From IMG/VR virus record IMGVR_UViG_2563366802_000008: a DNA stretch of 38,529 nt. One strand, given 5' to 3'. The notes below the pieces were generated by a model. That model did not search any database. It saw only the letters and a list, made by a program, of their open reading frames with translations, and was not told the origin of the DNA. This DNA comes from a virus. Taxonomy: Duplodnaviria > Heunggongvirae > Uroviricota > Caudoviricetes. The position numbers were made by a program, and so were the translations under genes. Positions 19,737-29,086 of this stretch are shown one piece after another; the first letter of the stretch is position 1; each line of letters starts with the position of its first letter.

Positions 19737-21194
19737 ATGAATACATCTCATGTAAGAGTTGTTACTCATATGTGTGGGTTCCTGGTTTGGCTCTATAGTC
19801 TTTCAATGTTGCCACCAATGGTTGTAGCATTGTTTTATAAAGAAAAAAGCCTGTTCGTTTTCTTTATAACTTTCGTTATATTTTTTTGCATTGGTGGCGG
19901 AGCGTGGTATACAACTAAGAAATCTGGCATTCAATTACGTACCCGTGATGGGTTTATTATAATTGTAATGTTTTGGATTTTGTTTTCTGTTATTAGTGCA
20001 TTCCCTTTATGGATTGACTCAGAACTTAATTTAACGTTCATTGATGCTCTGTTTGAAGGGGTTTCTGGAATAACAACAACAGGAGCAACTGTAATTGATG
20101 ATGTTAGTTCATTACCTCGGGCATATTTGTACTATCGGTCACAGTTAAATTTTATAGGTGGTTTAGGAGTTATTGTTCTGGCGGTTGCTGTATTGCCATT
20201 ATTGGGTATTGGTGGTGCAAAGCTTTATCAGTCAGAAATGCCGGGGCCATTTAAGGATGACAAACTCACTCCCCGCCTGGCCGATACGTCACGGACACTG
20301 TGGATAACTTATTCTTTATTAGGTATTGCTTGTATTGTCTGTTATAGACTTGCAGGAATGCCTTTGTTTGATGCTATTTGTCACGGGATTTCCACAGTTT
20401 CGCTTGGTGGTTTCTCAACTCATAGCGAGAGTATCGGATATTTTAATAACTATTTGGTTGAGCTGGTGGCTGGTTCTTTTTCCCTGCTATCGGCTTTCAA
20501 CTTCACTCTTTGGTATATTGTTATTAGCAGGAAAACGATAAAACCTTTAATCAGAGATATTGAACTTCGTTTCTTTCTGTTAATAGCCTTAGGGGTGATC
20601 ATTGTTACCTCTTTCCAGGTCTGGCATATAGGTATGTATGACTTGCATGGAAGTTTTATTCATTCGTTTTTTCTTGCCAGCTCCATGCTCACTGATAATG
20701 GTTTAGCTACGCAGGATTATGCAAGTTGGCCCACGCACACGATAGTGTTTTTGCTGTTGTCAAGTTTCTTTGGGGGATGTATAGGTTCAACTTGTGGTGG
20801 AATTAAGTCACTTCGATTTCTTATACTTTTCAAACAAAGCAAACACGAGATAAATCAGCTTTCTCATCCCAGAGCGTTGTTGAGTGTAAATGTAGGAGGG
20901 AAGATAGTTACAGATCGTGTAATGAGGTCTGTATGGAGTTTCTTTTTTCTTTATACTCTCTTCACGGTGTTTTTTATACTGGTGTTAAATGGTATGGGAT
21001 ATGATTTTCTTACATCATTTGCAACAGTGGCTGCATGTATTAATAATATGGGATTAGGTTTTGGGGCTACTGCATCGTCATTCGGAGTGCTTAATGACAT
21101 TGCAAAATGTTTAATGTGCATAGCTATGATTCTTGGTCGCCTTGAAATTTATCCTGTTATTATATTGTTTTCAGGTTTTTTTTGGCGCTCCTAA
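19737..21194 (+). CDS. trkG: Trk-system potassium uptake protein TrkG (prophage moron)
   Basis: ORF 19719-21194; start at ATG 19737 (MNTSHVRVVTHMCGFLVWLYS...) matches recalled K-12 TrkG; multi-pass membrane protein; AT-rich. Confidence 0.85.
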   Translation: MNTSHVRVVTHMCGFLVWLYSLSMLPPMVVALFYKEKSLFVFFITFVIFFCIGGGAWYTTKKSGIQLRTRDGFIIIVMFWILFSVISAFPLWIDSELNLTFIDALFEGVSGITTTGATVIDDVSSLPRAYLYYRSQLNFIGGLGVIVLAVAVLPLLGIGGAKLYQSEMPGPFKDDKLTPRLADTSRTLWITYSLLGIACIVCYRLAGMPLFDAICHGISTVSLGGFSTHSESIGYFNNYLVELVAGSFSLLSAFNFTLWYIVISRKTIKPLIRDIELRFFLLIALGVIIVTSFQVWHIGMYDLHGSFIHSFFLASSMLTDNGLATQDYASWPTHTIVFLLLSSFFGGCIGSTCGGIKSLRFLILFKQSKHEINQLSHPRALLSVNVGGKIVTDRVMRSVWSFFFLYTLFTVFFILVLNGMGYDFLTSFATVAACINNMGLGFGATASSFGVLNDIAKCLMCIAMILGRLEIYPVIILFSGFFWRS

Positions 21195-21331
21195 TATATG
21201 GCTGATTTATAATTGTGAGTTTAATATTATGTTGACTCACTCATTGATCCAATACCTAACTTTACCAGCAACCCCTCCGTCCCCAGTAGCACTGGCTGCT
21301 GGGGTGCGTTTTATTCATAAAGCAAGGCTGT

Positions 21332-22123
21332 ATGAGCGAGAAATTAAAGATAGTCTATCGCCCATTACAAGAATTGTCACCGTATGCGCACAACGCCAGG
21401 ACGCACAGCCCTGAGCAGGTGGCACAACTGGTAGAAAGTATTAAGCAATTCGGCTGGACTAATCCGGTGCTGATTGACGAAAAGGGCGAAATTATTGCGG
21501 GTCACGGTCGTGTTATGGCGGCTGAAATGCTCAAAATGGATTCTGTTCCGGTCATTGTTCTGTCTGGCCTGACGGATGAGCAGAAAAAGGCGTACCGCCT
21601 GGCAGATAATCGCCTGCCGATGAATGCTGGCTGGGATGAAGATCTGTTGCGGATGGAGCTGTCGGACCTAATCAATGCTGATTTTGATGTCTCCCTGACA
21701 GGCTTCATCCCGACAGAAATTGATGAACTGTTGACGGATGTTTTGCCCGGTACAGGAAATGAGGAGGAGCCGTATACGACGAAAATTGATACGCCTGTTT
21801 ATGAGCCGTCGGGCGGTAAACCGGATATCAGTGAACTGTACGACGATACGAAAACTCAGGAGCTGATCAGCCGGATACGTTCGGCGTCCCTTGAGCCTGA
21901 TATTGAGAAATTCCTCCTGTGTGCGGCAGAACGTCACACGGTGTTTAATTTCAGCAGAATTGCGGACTATTACGCTCACGCCCCCTCTGAAATTCAGTGT
22001 TTTTTCGAGGAGTCGGCGCTGGTGATCATTGATTATCAGCAGGCTATTGAAAATGGATTTGTCCGGATGACGCAGCGCATGGTGGAGATCATGCATGGTG
22101 GTGAGGAGGAGGAATATGCGTGA
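21332..22123 (+). CDS. ynaK: ParB-like nuclease domain protein (YnaK-like)
   Basis: 263 aa; N-terminal ParB/Srx-type region with GHGR motif (GEIIAGHGRVMAA). Confidence 0.7.
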   Translation: MSEKLKIVYRPLQELSPYAHNARTHSPEQVAQLVESIKQFGWTNPVLIDEKGEIIAGHGRVMAAEMLKMDSVPVIVLSGLTDEQKKAYRLADNRLPMNAGWDEDLLRMELSDLINADFDVSLTGFIPTEIDELLTDVLPGTGNEEEPYTTKIDTPVYEPSGGKPDISELYDDTKTQELISRIRSASLEPDIEKFLLCAAERHTVFNFSRIADYYAHAPSEIQCFFEESALVIIDYQQAIENGFVRMTQRMVEIMHGGEEEEYA

Positions 22124-23048
22124 TGATTTTTGCGCCTTTATTCTGACTCACGGGCGACCGGACAAAGTTCTGACTTACCGGACGTTGCGTCGTGCTGGCT
22201 ATACCGGGAAAATTTTTATCGTTGTTGATGATGAAGATAAGACACGGAATCAGTACATGGCTGAATTTGGTGAACAGGTGCTGGTGTTTTCCAAAGCCGA
22301 TATCGCCAGTCGTTTTGACGAAGCCGATAATTTCTGTGACCGCCGCTCAATTTTTTACGCCCGTAATGCCTGTTTCGACCTGGCAAAACTGGTCGGGTGT
22401 AAATACTTCATTCAGCTCGATGATGATTATCACGAGTTCCAGTTTCGGGTGGATCGCAACTATGACCAGGCCTATTTTCCGATAAGGAAACTGGATGCGA
22501 TCCTTTCTGAAATGCTGGCGTACTACGAATCAATACCTGCTCTTTCCATCGCTATGTCGCAGGGCGGGGATTTTCTTGGTGACAATGGCGGCCATGCTTC
22601 GTGGGTGAAACGCAAGGCAATGAACAGCTTTATCTGTTCGGTTGATCGACCGTTCTCATTCATGGGGCGCATTAACGAGGATGTGAATACGTACACGAAT
22701 CTCGGTCGCTGTGGTGAATTGTTTATGACGATCGGTGCTGTCCAGTTAGGGCAGAAACAGACGCAGAAAAACAGCGGCGGAATGACCGAGCTGTATCTGG
22801 ATTCCGGAACCTACGTTAAAAGTTTTTACTCCGTCATGTATGCGCCGTCGTGCGTAAAAATCTCACTGATGGGTGCCAGCCATAAACGCATTCACCATCA
22901 GGTCACCTGGAACAACGCTGCAGTAAAAATCCTTCACGAAAAATACAGGAAGAAGACACCCTGCATATCAATGGGGGTGACAAATGATTCCGTATTCGAA
23001 AGTCGAGTCTCTGGCAGCGTGCCGGATGACTGCACAACAAATCGCTGA
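22116..23048 (+). CDS. YdaY-like uncharacterised protein (possible DxD-motif transferase fold; tentative)
   Basis: ORF 22095-23048; start chosen at ATG 22116 preceded by GAGGAGGAGG; contains FIQLDDDY; overlaps the ynaK stop. Confidence 0.5.
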   Translation: MRDDFCAFILTHGRPDKVLTYRTLRRAGYTGKIFIVVDDEDKTRNQYMAEFGEQVLVFSKADIASRFDEADNFCDRRSIFYARNACFDLAKLVGCKYFIQLDDDYHEFQFRVDRNYDQAYFPIRKLDAILSEMLAYYESIPALSIAMSQGGDFLGDNGGHASWVKRKAMNSFICSVDRPFSFMGRINEDVNTYTNLGRCGELFMTIGAVQLGQKQTQKNSGGMTELYLDSGTYVKSFYSVMYAPSCVKISLMGASHKRIHHQVTWNNAAVKILHEKYRKKTPCISMGVTNDSVFESRVSGSVPDDCTTNR

Positions 23049-23235
23049 CGTTCTGGATGTTGATCTGAACCGACTGAAAGAAAATCGGGAAGCAATGACA
23101 GATTTTTATGCGGCCATCCGTAAGGGCAGAGCGAAAGGTGAAGCCGAGTTACGAGCGGCATTGTTTAAGCTTGCCAGAAAAGGGGATGCCTTTGCTCTGC
23201 GCGAACTACTCAGGGTGGATAAAAATCAGGACTAA
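22984..23235 (+). CDS. Small hypothetical protein (83 aa), HTH-like, upstream of terminase
   Basis: ORF with ATG 22984 preceded by GGGGGTGA; basic/helical composition; start uncertain (alternative ATG 23026). Confidence 0.4.
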   Translation: MIPYSKVESLAACRMTAQQIADVLDVDLNRLKENREAMTDFYAAIRKGRAKGEAELRAALFKLARKGDAFALRELLRVDKNQD

Positions 23236-23238
23236 CTG

Positions 23239-24333
23239 ATGAGCAGACCGGACTGGGGGGCGTTGCAGCAGGAGTATATTGCTGAATACACCCGCTCCGG
23301 TATATCTCCGGTGGCATGGTGTGAAGCAAGGGGACTGAATTACGCAACAGCCCGTCGTTACATCAAAAAAACTCCGAAAAATGCGCAGACAGAAATGTGC
23401 AAAACTGCGCAAAAAAGTGCGCAGAAAAAATCTGCGCAGACTGCACAAAAGCGGAACGAAAAATCTCAGGAAAAAAAGCCAGTATTCGATGCGGGCCTGA
23501 ATGAGGGCGACGCGGAGGAATTTTCGTTCTGTCCCGATGAATTCGGCATTTCTGACCAGCAGGCTAAGTTTGCGATGCTTGTTGCTCAGGGTAAAAAGCC
23601 GACAGAGGCGTACCGACTAGCCGGTTATGAGGGGCAAGGTGCGACAGCTAACAGCAACGCCAGTCGTATGCTTAGAAATGCCAGGGTTTTTCGCGCTATC
23701 AGCTACTTCCGCAATCAGTACCAGAAACGCTATACCGCAGACCTGGATTTACTAGTGAGTCAGTTGATGGCTATTGTCCTGGCCGACCCCAATCAGCTTG
23801 CACAATTTCGCCGTGTTAACTGCCGTTATTGCTGGGGCGAGAATCATCTCTACCAGTGGCGCGATATAGCAGAATTCGACAAGGCAGCGGCGCAGGCTTC
23901 CAGAGATGGCAAACCCGAACCGGAATATGGAGGCCTCGGCTTTGTTGATAACGCCATACCCAATCCGGACTGCCCGAAGTGCTGCGGTGAGGGAACGGGA
24001 CAGCTTTATATGGCTGATACCACTCTGCTTGATGGGGATGCGCGGCAATTATATGCAGGGGCAAAATTCGGAAAATTCGGCGTTGAGATCCTGCTGGAGG
24101 ATAAGGCTGCCGCCCGGCGTGAATTGTTGCGTTTGTTTTCTGCTGGCGGGGCTTTATGTGCAGATAAACGGCTACAGGAACTGGAAATTGAACGGCGCAG
24201 AATGGAAAACCAGAAGCTGCGCAAAGAGATCGAAACGGTGGAAGATAATGAACATCCCCAGCCTGTGGCGATCAATATTAATGTGGTTGATGCCAGAGTA
24301 AGGAGTGATGAAGATGATCTCTCCGACGCTTAA
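23239..24333 (+). CDS. Terminase small subunit
   Basis: 364 aa; position immediately upstream of the large terminase subunit; segment AYRLAGYEGQGATANSNASRMLRN typical of small terminase DNA-binding regions. Confidence 0.7.
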   Translation: MSRPDWGALQQEYIAEYTRSGISPVAWCEARGLNYATARRYIKKTPKNAQTEMCKTAQKSAQKKSAQTAQKRNEKSQEKKPVFDAGLNEGDAEEFSFCPDEFGISDQQAKFAMLVAQGKKPTEAYRLAGYEGQGATANSNASRMLRNARVFRAISYFRNQYQKRYTADLDLLVSQLMAIVLADPNQLAQFRRVNCRYCWGENHLYQWRDIAEFDKAAAQASRDGKPEPEYGGLGFVDNAIPNPDCPKCCGEGTGQLYMADTTLLDGDARQLYAGAKFGKFGVEILLEDKAAARRELLRLFSAGGALCADKRLQELEIERRRMENQKLRKEIETVEDNEHPQPVAININVVDARVRSDEDDLSDA

Positions 24334-25615
24334 TGTGCCTCAGGCGCGATTTCTTTCAATGCCCCATAAATTTAAAGCCTATATTGCTGGTTTTGGCTCG
24401 GGCAAAACATGGGTTGGGTGTGGCGGCATATGCAAGGGGATTTGGGAGCATCCAGGTATAAATCAGGGATATTTTGCGCCAACGTATCCCCAAATTCGCG
24501 ATATTTTTTACCCTACAGTGGAAGAAGTTGCTGCTGACTGGGGATTGAACGTAAAAATTAATGAGGGAAATAAAGAGATTCACTTTTATTACGGACGCCA
24601 GTATCGGGGAACCACTATCTGCAGATCGATGGAGAAGCCACAAACGATCGTCGGTTTCAAAATTGGTAATGCGTTGGTGGATGAACTGGACATTTTGCCG
24701 AAGGAAAAAGCCAGAACGGCGTGGCGCAAGATAATTGCACGTATGCGTTATAAGATTGATGGACTTCGCAACAGTATTGACGTTACAACCACGCCGGAAG
24801 GATTCAAATTTGTCTACGAGCAGTTTGTTAAAGCCGTGCGTGAAAAAACAGAGCTGGCCTCACTGTATGGTCTGGTGCAGGCATCTACTTTCGATAATGA
24901 AAAGAACCTGCCAGCAGATTACATTCCTTCGCTTCTTGAATCATACCCTCCAGAGCTGATTAAAGCCTATCTTCGAGGACAGTTTACTAACCTGACAAGT
25001 GGTACTGTTTACCATCAGTTTGACCGGAAACTGAATAATTGCGAAGAAGTGGAGCAGCCAGGGGAGCCGATTTATATTGGGATGGATTTTAACGTTGGAA
25101 AGATGGCGGGAATCGTCCATGTGCTGCGTTTGGGGCTTCCATGTGCGATAACTGAAATCATCAATGCCTACGATACGCCGGATATGATCCGCATCATTAA
25201 AGAACGCTTCTGGCTGTATGATGGGAATGATTACCGGAAAGTGAGGGAAATTTATATTTATCCAGATGCTTCCGGGGATTCCAGAAAATCAAGTAACGCA
25301 AGTACGACGGATATAGCCCAGCTTAAGCAGGCTGGTTTTAACGTTGTGGTGAACAGCTCGAACCCGCCAGTAAAAGATCGCGTTAACTCAATGAATGCAA
25401 TGTTCTGCAATGCCAATGGTGAGCGTCGCTATAAAGTTAATGTGAAGCGTTGCCCGTTATATGCCGAATCTCTGGAGCAACAGGTCTGGGATGAGAAGGG
25501 GGAGCCTGATAAAAAATCTGGCAATGATCACCCGAATGATGCCGGAGGTTATTTCATCGTTAAGCAATTCCCTATTGTCAAACCGACCGGAAGAGTCACA
25601 TCACTTCGGATTTAA
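24314..25615 (+). CDS. Terminase large subunit (ATPase/nuclease)
   Basis: ORF 24305-25615; Walker A-like GFGSGKT near the N-terminus; start among clustered GTG/ATG codons after AAGGAG (24314 chosen). Confidence 0.8.
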   Translation: MISPTLNVPQARFLSMPHKFKAYIAGFGSGKTWVGCGGICKGIWEHPGINQGYFAPTYPQIRDIFYPTVEEVAADWGLNVKINEGNKEIHFYYGRQYRGTTICRSMEKPQTIVGFKIGNALVDELDILPKEKARTAWRKIIARMRYKIDGLRNSIDVTTTPEGFKFVYEQFVKAVREKTELASLYGLVQASTFDNEKNLPADYIPSLLESYPPELIKAYLRGQFTNLTSGTVYHQFDRKLNNCEEVEQPGEPIYIGMDFNVGKMAGIVHVLRLGLPCAITEIINAYDTPDMIRIIKERFWLYDGNDYRKVREIYIYPDASGDSRKSSNASTTDIAQLKQAGFNVVVNSSNPPVKDRVNSMNAMFCNANGERRYKVNVKRCPLYAESLEQQVWDEKGEPDKKSGNDHPNDAGGYFIVKQFPIVKPTGRVTSLRI

Positions 25616-25617
25616 TT

Positions 25618-27024
25618 ATGGCTGATATATCAACACCCAACCTCGACTATAACGATATGCTGGAGGCGTGGGATATTAACGACGCACTGATGGGCGGTAC
25701 GCTTGAAATGCGCAGGCAGGGGGAAAATTATCTCCCAAAATGGCCTAACGAAGATGAAGACGCTTATAAAAAACGCCTGTCTGTGGCTACGCTACTTCCT
25801 GTGTATGAAGAAAGCATCAAGCAAAATATTGGGCGCATATTTGCAGAGCCGACAGTATTGAGTGAGGAAACGCCGGCAAAAATCAGGGAATATGCAGAAA
25901 ATATCGACATGGAGGGGAGCCGACTGGATGTGTGGGCGCAGCAATTTTTCAGCCTCGCATTTCAGTATGGTGTGGCACATGCGCTGGTGGACTATCCACG
26001 AACGGATATGAAAGAGATTCGGACAAAAGCCGATGAAAACGCGACCGGTGGTCGTCCGTACGTTACGATGCTGAATCCACGCCAGGTTATTGGATGGAAA
26101 TCGAAAGTTGAAAAAGGGAAAGTTGTTCTCACTGATTTGCGTATAAAAGAGGTCATCATTATTGATGGTGATGATTTCGGGCAGAAGAAGGTGGAGCAGA
26201 TCCGCCATATTATGCCCCGTCGAGTTGAAATTTATCGACGTAGCGAAGGCACTAATGGCGAATCTGTCTGGACGCTTCATGAGTCATGGAATACCAGCCG
26301 TGATGATATTCCTCTGGTAACACTGTACACGAAGAAAACAGGATTTATGCGTGGTACACCGCCATTGCTTAATCTTGGCTTGTTGAATATCAAGCACTGG
26401 CAAAGCCAGAGCGAGCAGGACAATATTCTTCATGTTACCCGCGTTCCATTGCTGGTGGCCTACGGGCTGGACAGGAATGAAGAACTGACGGTTGGTGCAT
26501 CCACCGCTACGATTTTTGAGGACAGAACAAAAAATGGCCTCGAATATGTTGAACATAGTGGCGCAGCGATAGAATCTGGCGAAACATCACTTGAGAAGCT
26601 GGAAAATCAGATGCGTCATGCCGGCGCTAAACTTCTGCGTGCTGAAAATACATCCACCAAATCTGTTGATCAGACTAATGAAGAGCGAATGCAGGAAAAC
26701 TCGCCGCTTTATACAATGGCGAACTCCCTCGAAGATGCCCTCGATAATATTCTCCAGATAATGGCGGAATGGATCGGAGAGAGTTGCGGTGGCAATGTGG
26801 ATGTGCGCACTGAACTGGATGTATCTGCCCAGGTGTTTGACTCATCCTCCGCGCTGGCTGTTCAGTCATTGCGTCAGGGCGGTGATATACGTCAGATTGA
26901 TGCGGTTCGGGTGTTGCAGGCGTTGAAATTTATCGATCAGGATTCCCGTCCAGAGGAAGTGATCGATGAATTAAAAAATCAGAGTGTAATGCTGATGGAA
27001 ATCAATGATGCAAACCGTGAATGA
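25618..27024 (+). CDS. Portal protein
   Basis: 468-aa ORF immediately after the large terminase; size and position typical of portal proteins. Confidence 0.7.
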   Translation: MADISTPNLDYNDMLEAWDINDALMGGTLEMRRQGENYLPKWPNEDEDAYKKRLSVATLLPVYEESIKQNIGRIFAEPTVLSEETPAKIREYAENIDMEGSRLDVWAQQFFSLAFQYGVAHALVDYPRTDMKEIRTKADENATGGRPYVTMLNPRQVIGWKSKVEKGKVVLTDLRIKEVIIIDGDDFGQKKVEQIRHIMPRRVEIYRRSEGTNGESVWTLHESWNTSRDDIPLVTLYTKKTGFMRGTPPLLNLGLLNIKHWQSQSEQDNILHVTRVPLLVAYGLDRNEELTVGASTATIFEDRTKNGLEYVEHSGAAIESGETSLEKLENQMRHAGAKLLRAENTSTKSVDQTNEERMQENSPLYTMANSLEDALDNILQIMAEWIGESCGGNVDVRTELDVSAQVFDSSSALAVQSLRQGGDIRQIDAVRVLQALKFIDQDSRPEEVIDELKNQSVMLMEINDANRE

Positions 27025-28120
27025 ACGGCTGCGTGATGAATCAATTGCTCATGCAGTCTGGATATCCCGCTATAGCACTGGCGTGGCTGCCAGAATGGTG
27101 AAAATACTGAATGACAGCGATGCGGAACTTACTGCTCGCCTGCTGATAGCACTGGACAGCCTCGATCCAGGTAATTTTACCGTTAAGCGCCTGGAGTCAC
27201 TTCTGGCGAGCGTCAGAAAGGTTAACCGCACTGCTATTAACAGCATGTTTACCAGTCTCTCCGGAGAGCTGAACGAGCTGGCAATTTATGAGGCTGGTTA
27301 TCAGTTAAGTCTGTTTGATTCTATGCTACCTGATTTTGTTGCTGATGTTCACCCTCTGGTTGGTATCTCTCCTGATGCACTTTATGCCGCTGCAATGGCG
27401 CGACCATTCCAGGGACGACTGCTCAGTGAGTGGGCCTCAGATCTTGAGGCGGATCGGCTCAGACGCATAACAAATACAGTGCGTCAGGGTTTTTTGCTGG
27501 GGGATACCAATGAGCAGATCGCAAGAAAAATTCGGGGACATGTCAGTAAGGGATTTCAGGATGGTGCATTGCAGATGAGCCGGGCTAATGCGGCCAGCAT
27601 TGCAAAAACAGCGGTTGGACATCTTGCTGCTACTGCCCGTGAGAGTTTTGCCAGCGCGAATAATGATTTGATTAAGGGTAAGCAATGGTTATCAACGCTT
27701 GATAATCGTACTACGCCACAATGTCGAATCAGGGATCGCCTCAAATATACGCTGAATAATAAACCTGTAGGTCACAGCGTGCCTTATTTGCAGGGGCCGG
27801 GAAAAATTCATTTCTGCTGCCGCTCAACGGAAACGTTCATTCTGAAATCAGCGAAGGAACTGGGTATTGATGTTCGCGATATTTCCCCGGCTGAGCGGGC
27901 CAGCATGGATGGCGTGGTGGCCGGAGATACAACCTACAGGGAATGGTTTTTGCGTCAGCCTTACACCAGACAAAAACAGATTGTGGGGGAAACCCGAGCA
28001 AAGCTGATTCGGGATGGTGGTATGTCGCCAGATGAATTTTACACCGATAAAGGCGAATGGCTGACGCTGAAGCAGCTCCGTGAGCGTGATGCACAGGTAT
28101 TCAGAAAAGCAGGGATTTAA
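27005..28120 (+). CDS. Head morphogenesis / minor capsid protein (Mu F / SPP1 gp7-like)
   Basis: 371-aa ORF following the portal gene; assigned by position and size. Confidence 0.6.
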   Translation: MMQTVNERLRDESIAHAVWISRYSTGVAARMVKILNDSDAELTARLLIALDSLDPGNFTVKRLESLLASVRKVNRTAINSMFTSLSGELNELAIYEAGYQLSLFDSMLPDFVADVHPLVGISPDALYAAAMARPFQGRLLSEWASDLEADRLRRITNTVRQGFLLGDTNEQIARKIRGHVSKGFQDGALQMSRANAASIAKTAVGHLAATARESFASANNDLIKGKQWLSTLDNRTTPQCRIRDRLKYTLNNKPVGHSVPYLQGPGKIHFCCRSTETFILKSAKELGIDVRDISPAERASMDGVVAGDTTYREWFLRQPYTRQKQIVGETRAKLIRDGGMSPDEFYTDKGEWLTLKQLRERDAQVFRKAGI

Positions 28121-28139
28121 ATAAATCATTTATTACAAC

Positions 28140-28167
28140 AGGCTACCTTCGGGTGGCCTTTTTTATT
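28140..28167 (+). terminator. Rho-independent terminator-like hairpin inside the head module
   Basis: Stem AGGCTACC / GGTGGCCT with TTCG loop, followed by TTTTTTATT. Confidence 0.5.
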
Positions 28168-28224
28168 GCTGCGATCCGGATGGTGAGCAGCGTAACTGTC
28201 GGAAGACTTAAACCAGGTACTAAT

Positions 28225-28988
28225 ATGAAACTGAAAACGGTCGAGATTAACGGAAAACAATACGCAGAAATTGATACTGCTGGCCTGCCAGTTTATGTGC
28301 ACGACGATGGTAAAGAAATTGGCTTCGATGCACCGCTGGCGACAAAAAAATTACAGAGCTTAATGGCGAGGCAAAAAATCATCGCCTGGCTAAAGAAGCT
28401 GCAGAGGAAAAACTGGCTAAGTTTGCCGCTATCGAAGACCCGAAGAAGGCGATCGAGGCACTGGAAATGCTGTCAAAAATCGACCAGAAAAAGCTGCTCG
28501 ATGCGGGACAGGTTGACCAGGTTAAGGCAGAAATTACGAAAAATTTTCAGCAGCAATTAGATGAAGAAAAGCAACGCTCTCAGATGCTGGAGAAGCAGCT
28601 TTACGATTCTATGATTGGTGGTAGTTTTGCGGGTTCAAAATATATTGCCGATAAAATTGCGATCCCGGCAGATTTATTACAATCACGCTTCGGGCAGGCA
28701 TTCAAAGTGGAAGAAGGGAGGATCGTTGCTTATGACGCTTCCGGCAACAAAATTTATTCCCGCGCGAAGCCTGGCGAACTGGCGCAGTTTGATGAGGCGC
28801 TGGAGTTCCTTGTCGAAAATTACCCTCAGAAAGACTACATCCTGAAAGCCAGTGGCAACAATGGCGGCGGCTCCCGTCCGACACAGCATGATATTGGTCA
28901 GAAAACGATGAAACGCTCTGCTTTTGATGCACTGGATGTTGCAGGTAAGCAAAACGCATTGAAAGACGGTATCACAATCGTTGATTAA
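28225..28988 (+). CDS. Putative scaffolding-type head protein; needs a -1 shift at an A7 tract to be read through
   Basis: Frame A from ATG 28225 (MKLKTVEINGKQYAEIDTAGLPVYVHDDGKEIGFDAPLATKK) turns to basic junk after 28350; frame B is open from 28314 (...ITELNGEAKNHRLAKEAAEEKLAKF...) to 28988; frames overlap at AAAAAAA 28344-28350. Confidence 0.45.
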
Positions 28989-29086
28989 CACATTTGTCAG
29001 CTTCCGGATGGGAGCTGGTGTCAGGGCTGGATAGCTCATTACTCCATCTATTCACAATTACGCAAATTTTTAAGGAATATTTAATT

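Noticed and set aside
25792-26556. 162-aa and 90-aa minus-strand ORFs
   Set aside because: Antisense to the portal gene, which accounts for the region.
28371-28560. Continuation of the first scaffold frame (WLKKLQRKNWLSLPLSKTRRRRSRHWKCC...)
   Set aside because: Highly basic low-complexity translation, typical of an out-of-frame read; the alternative frame is protein-like.
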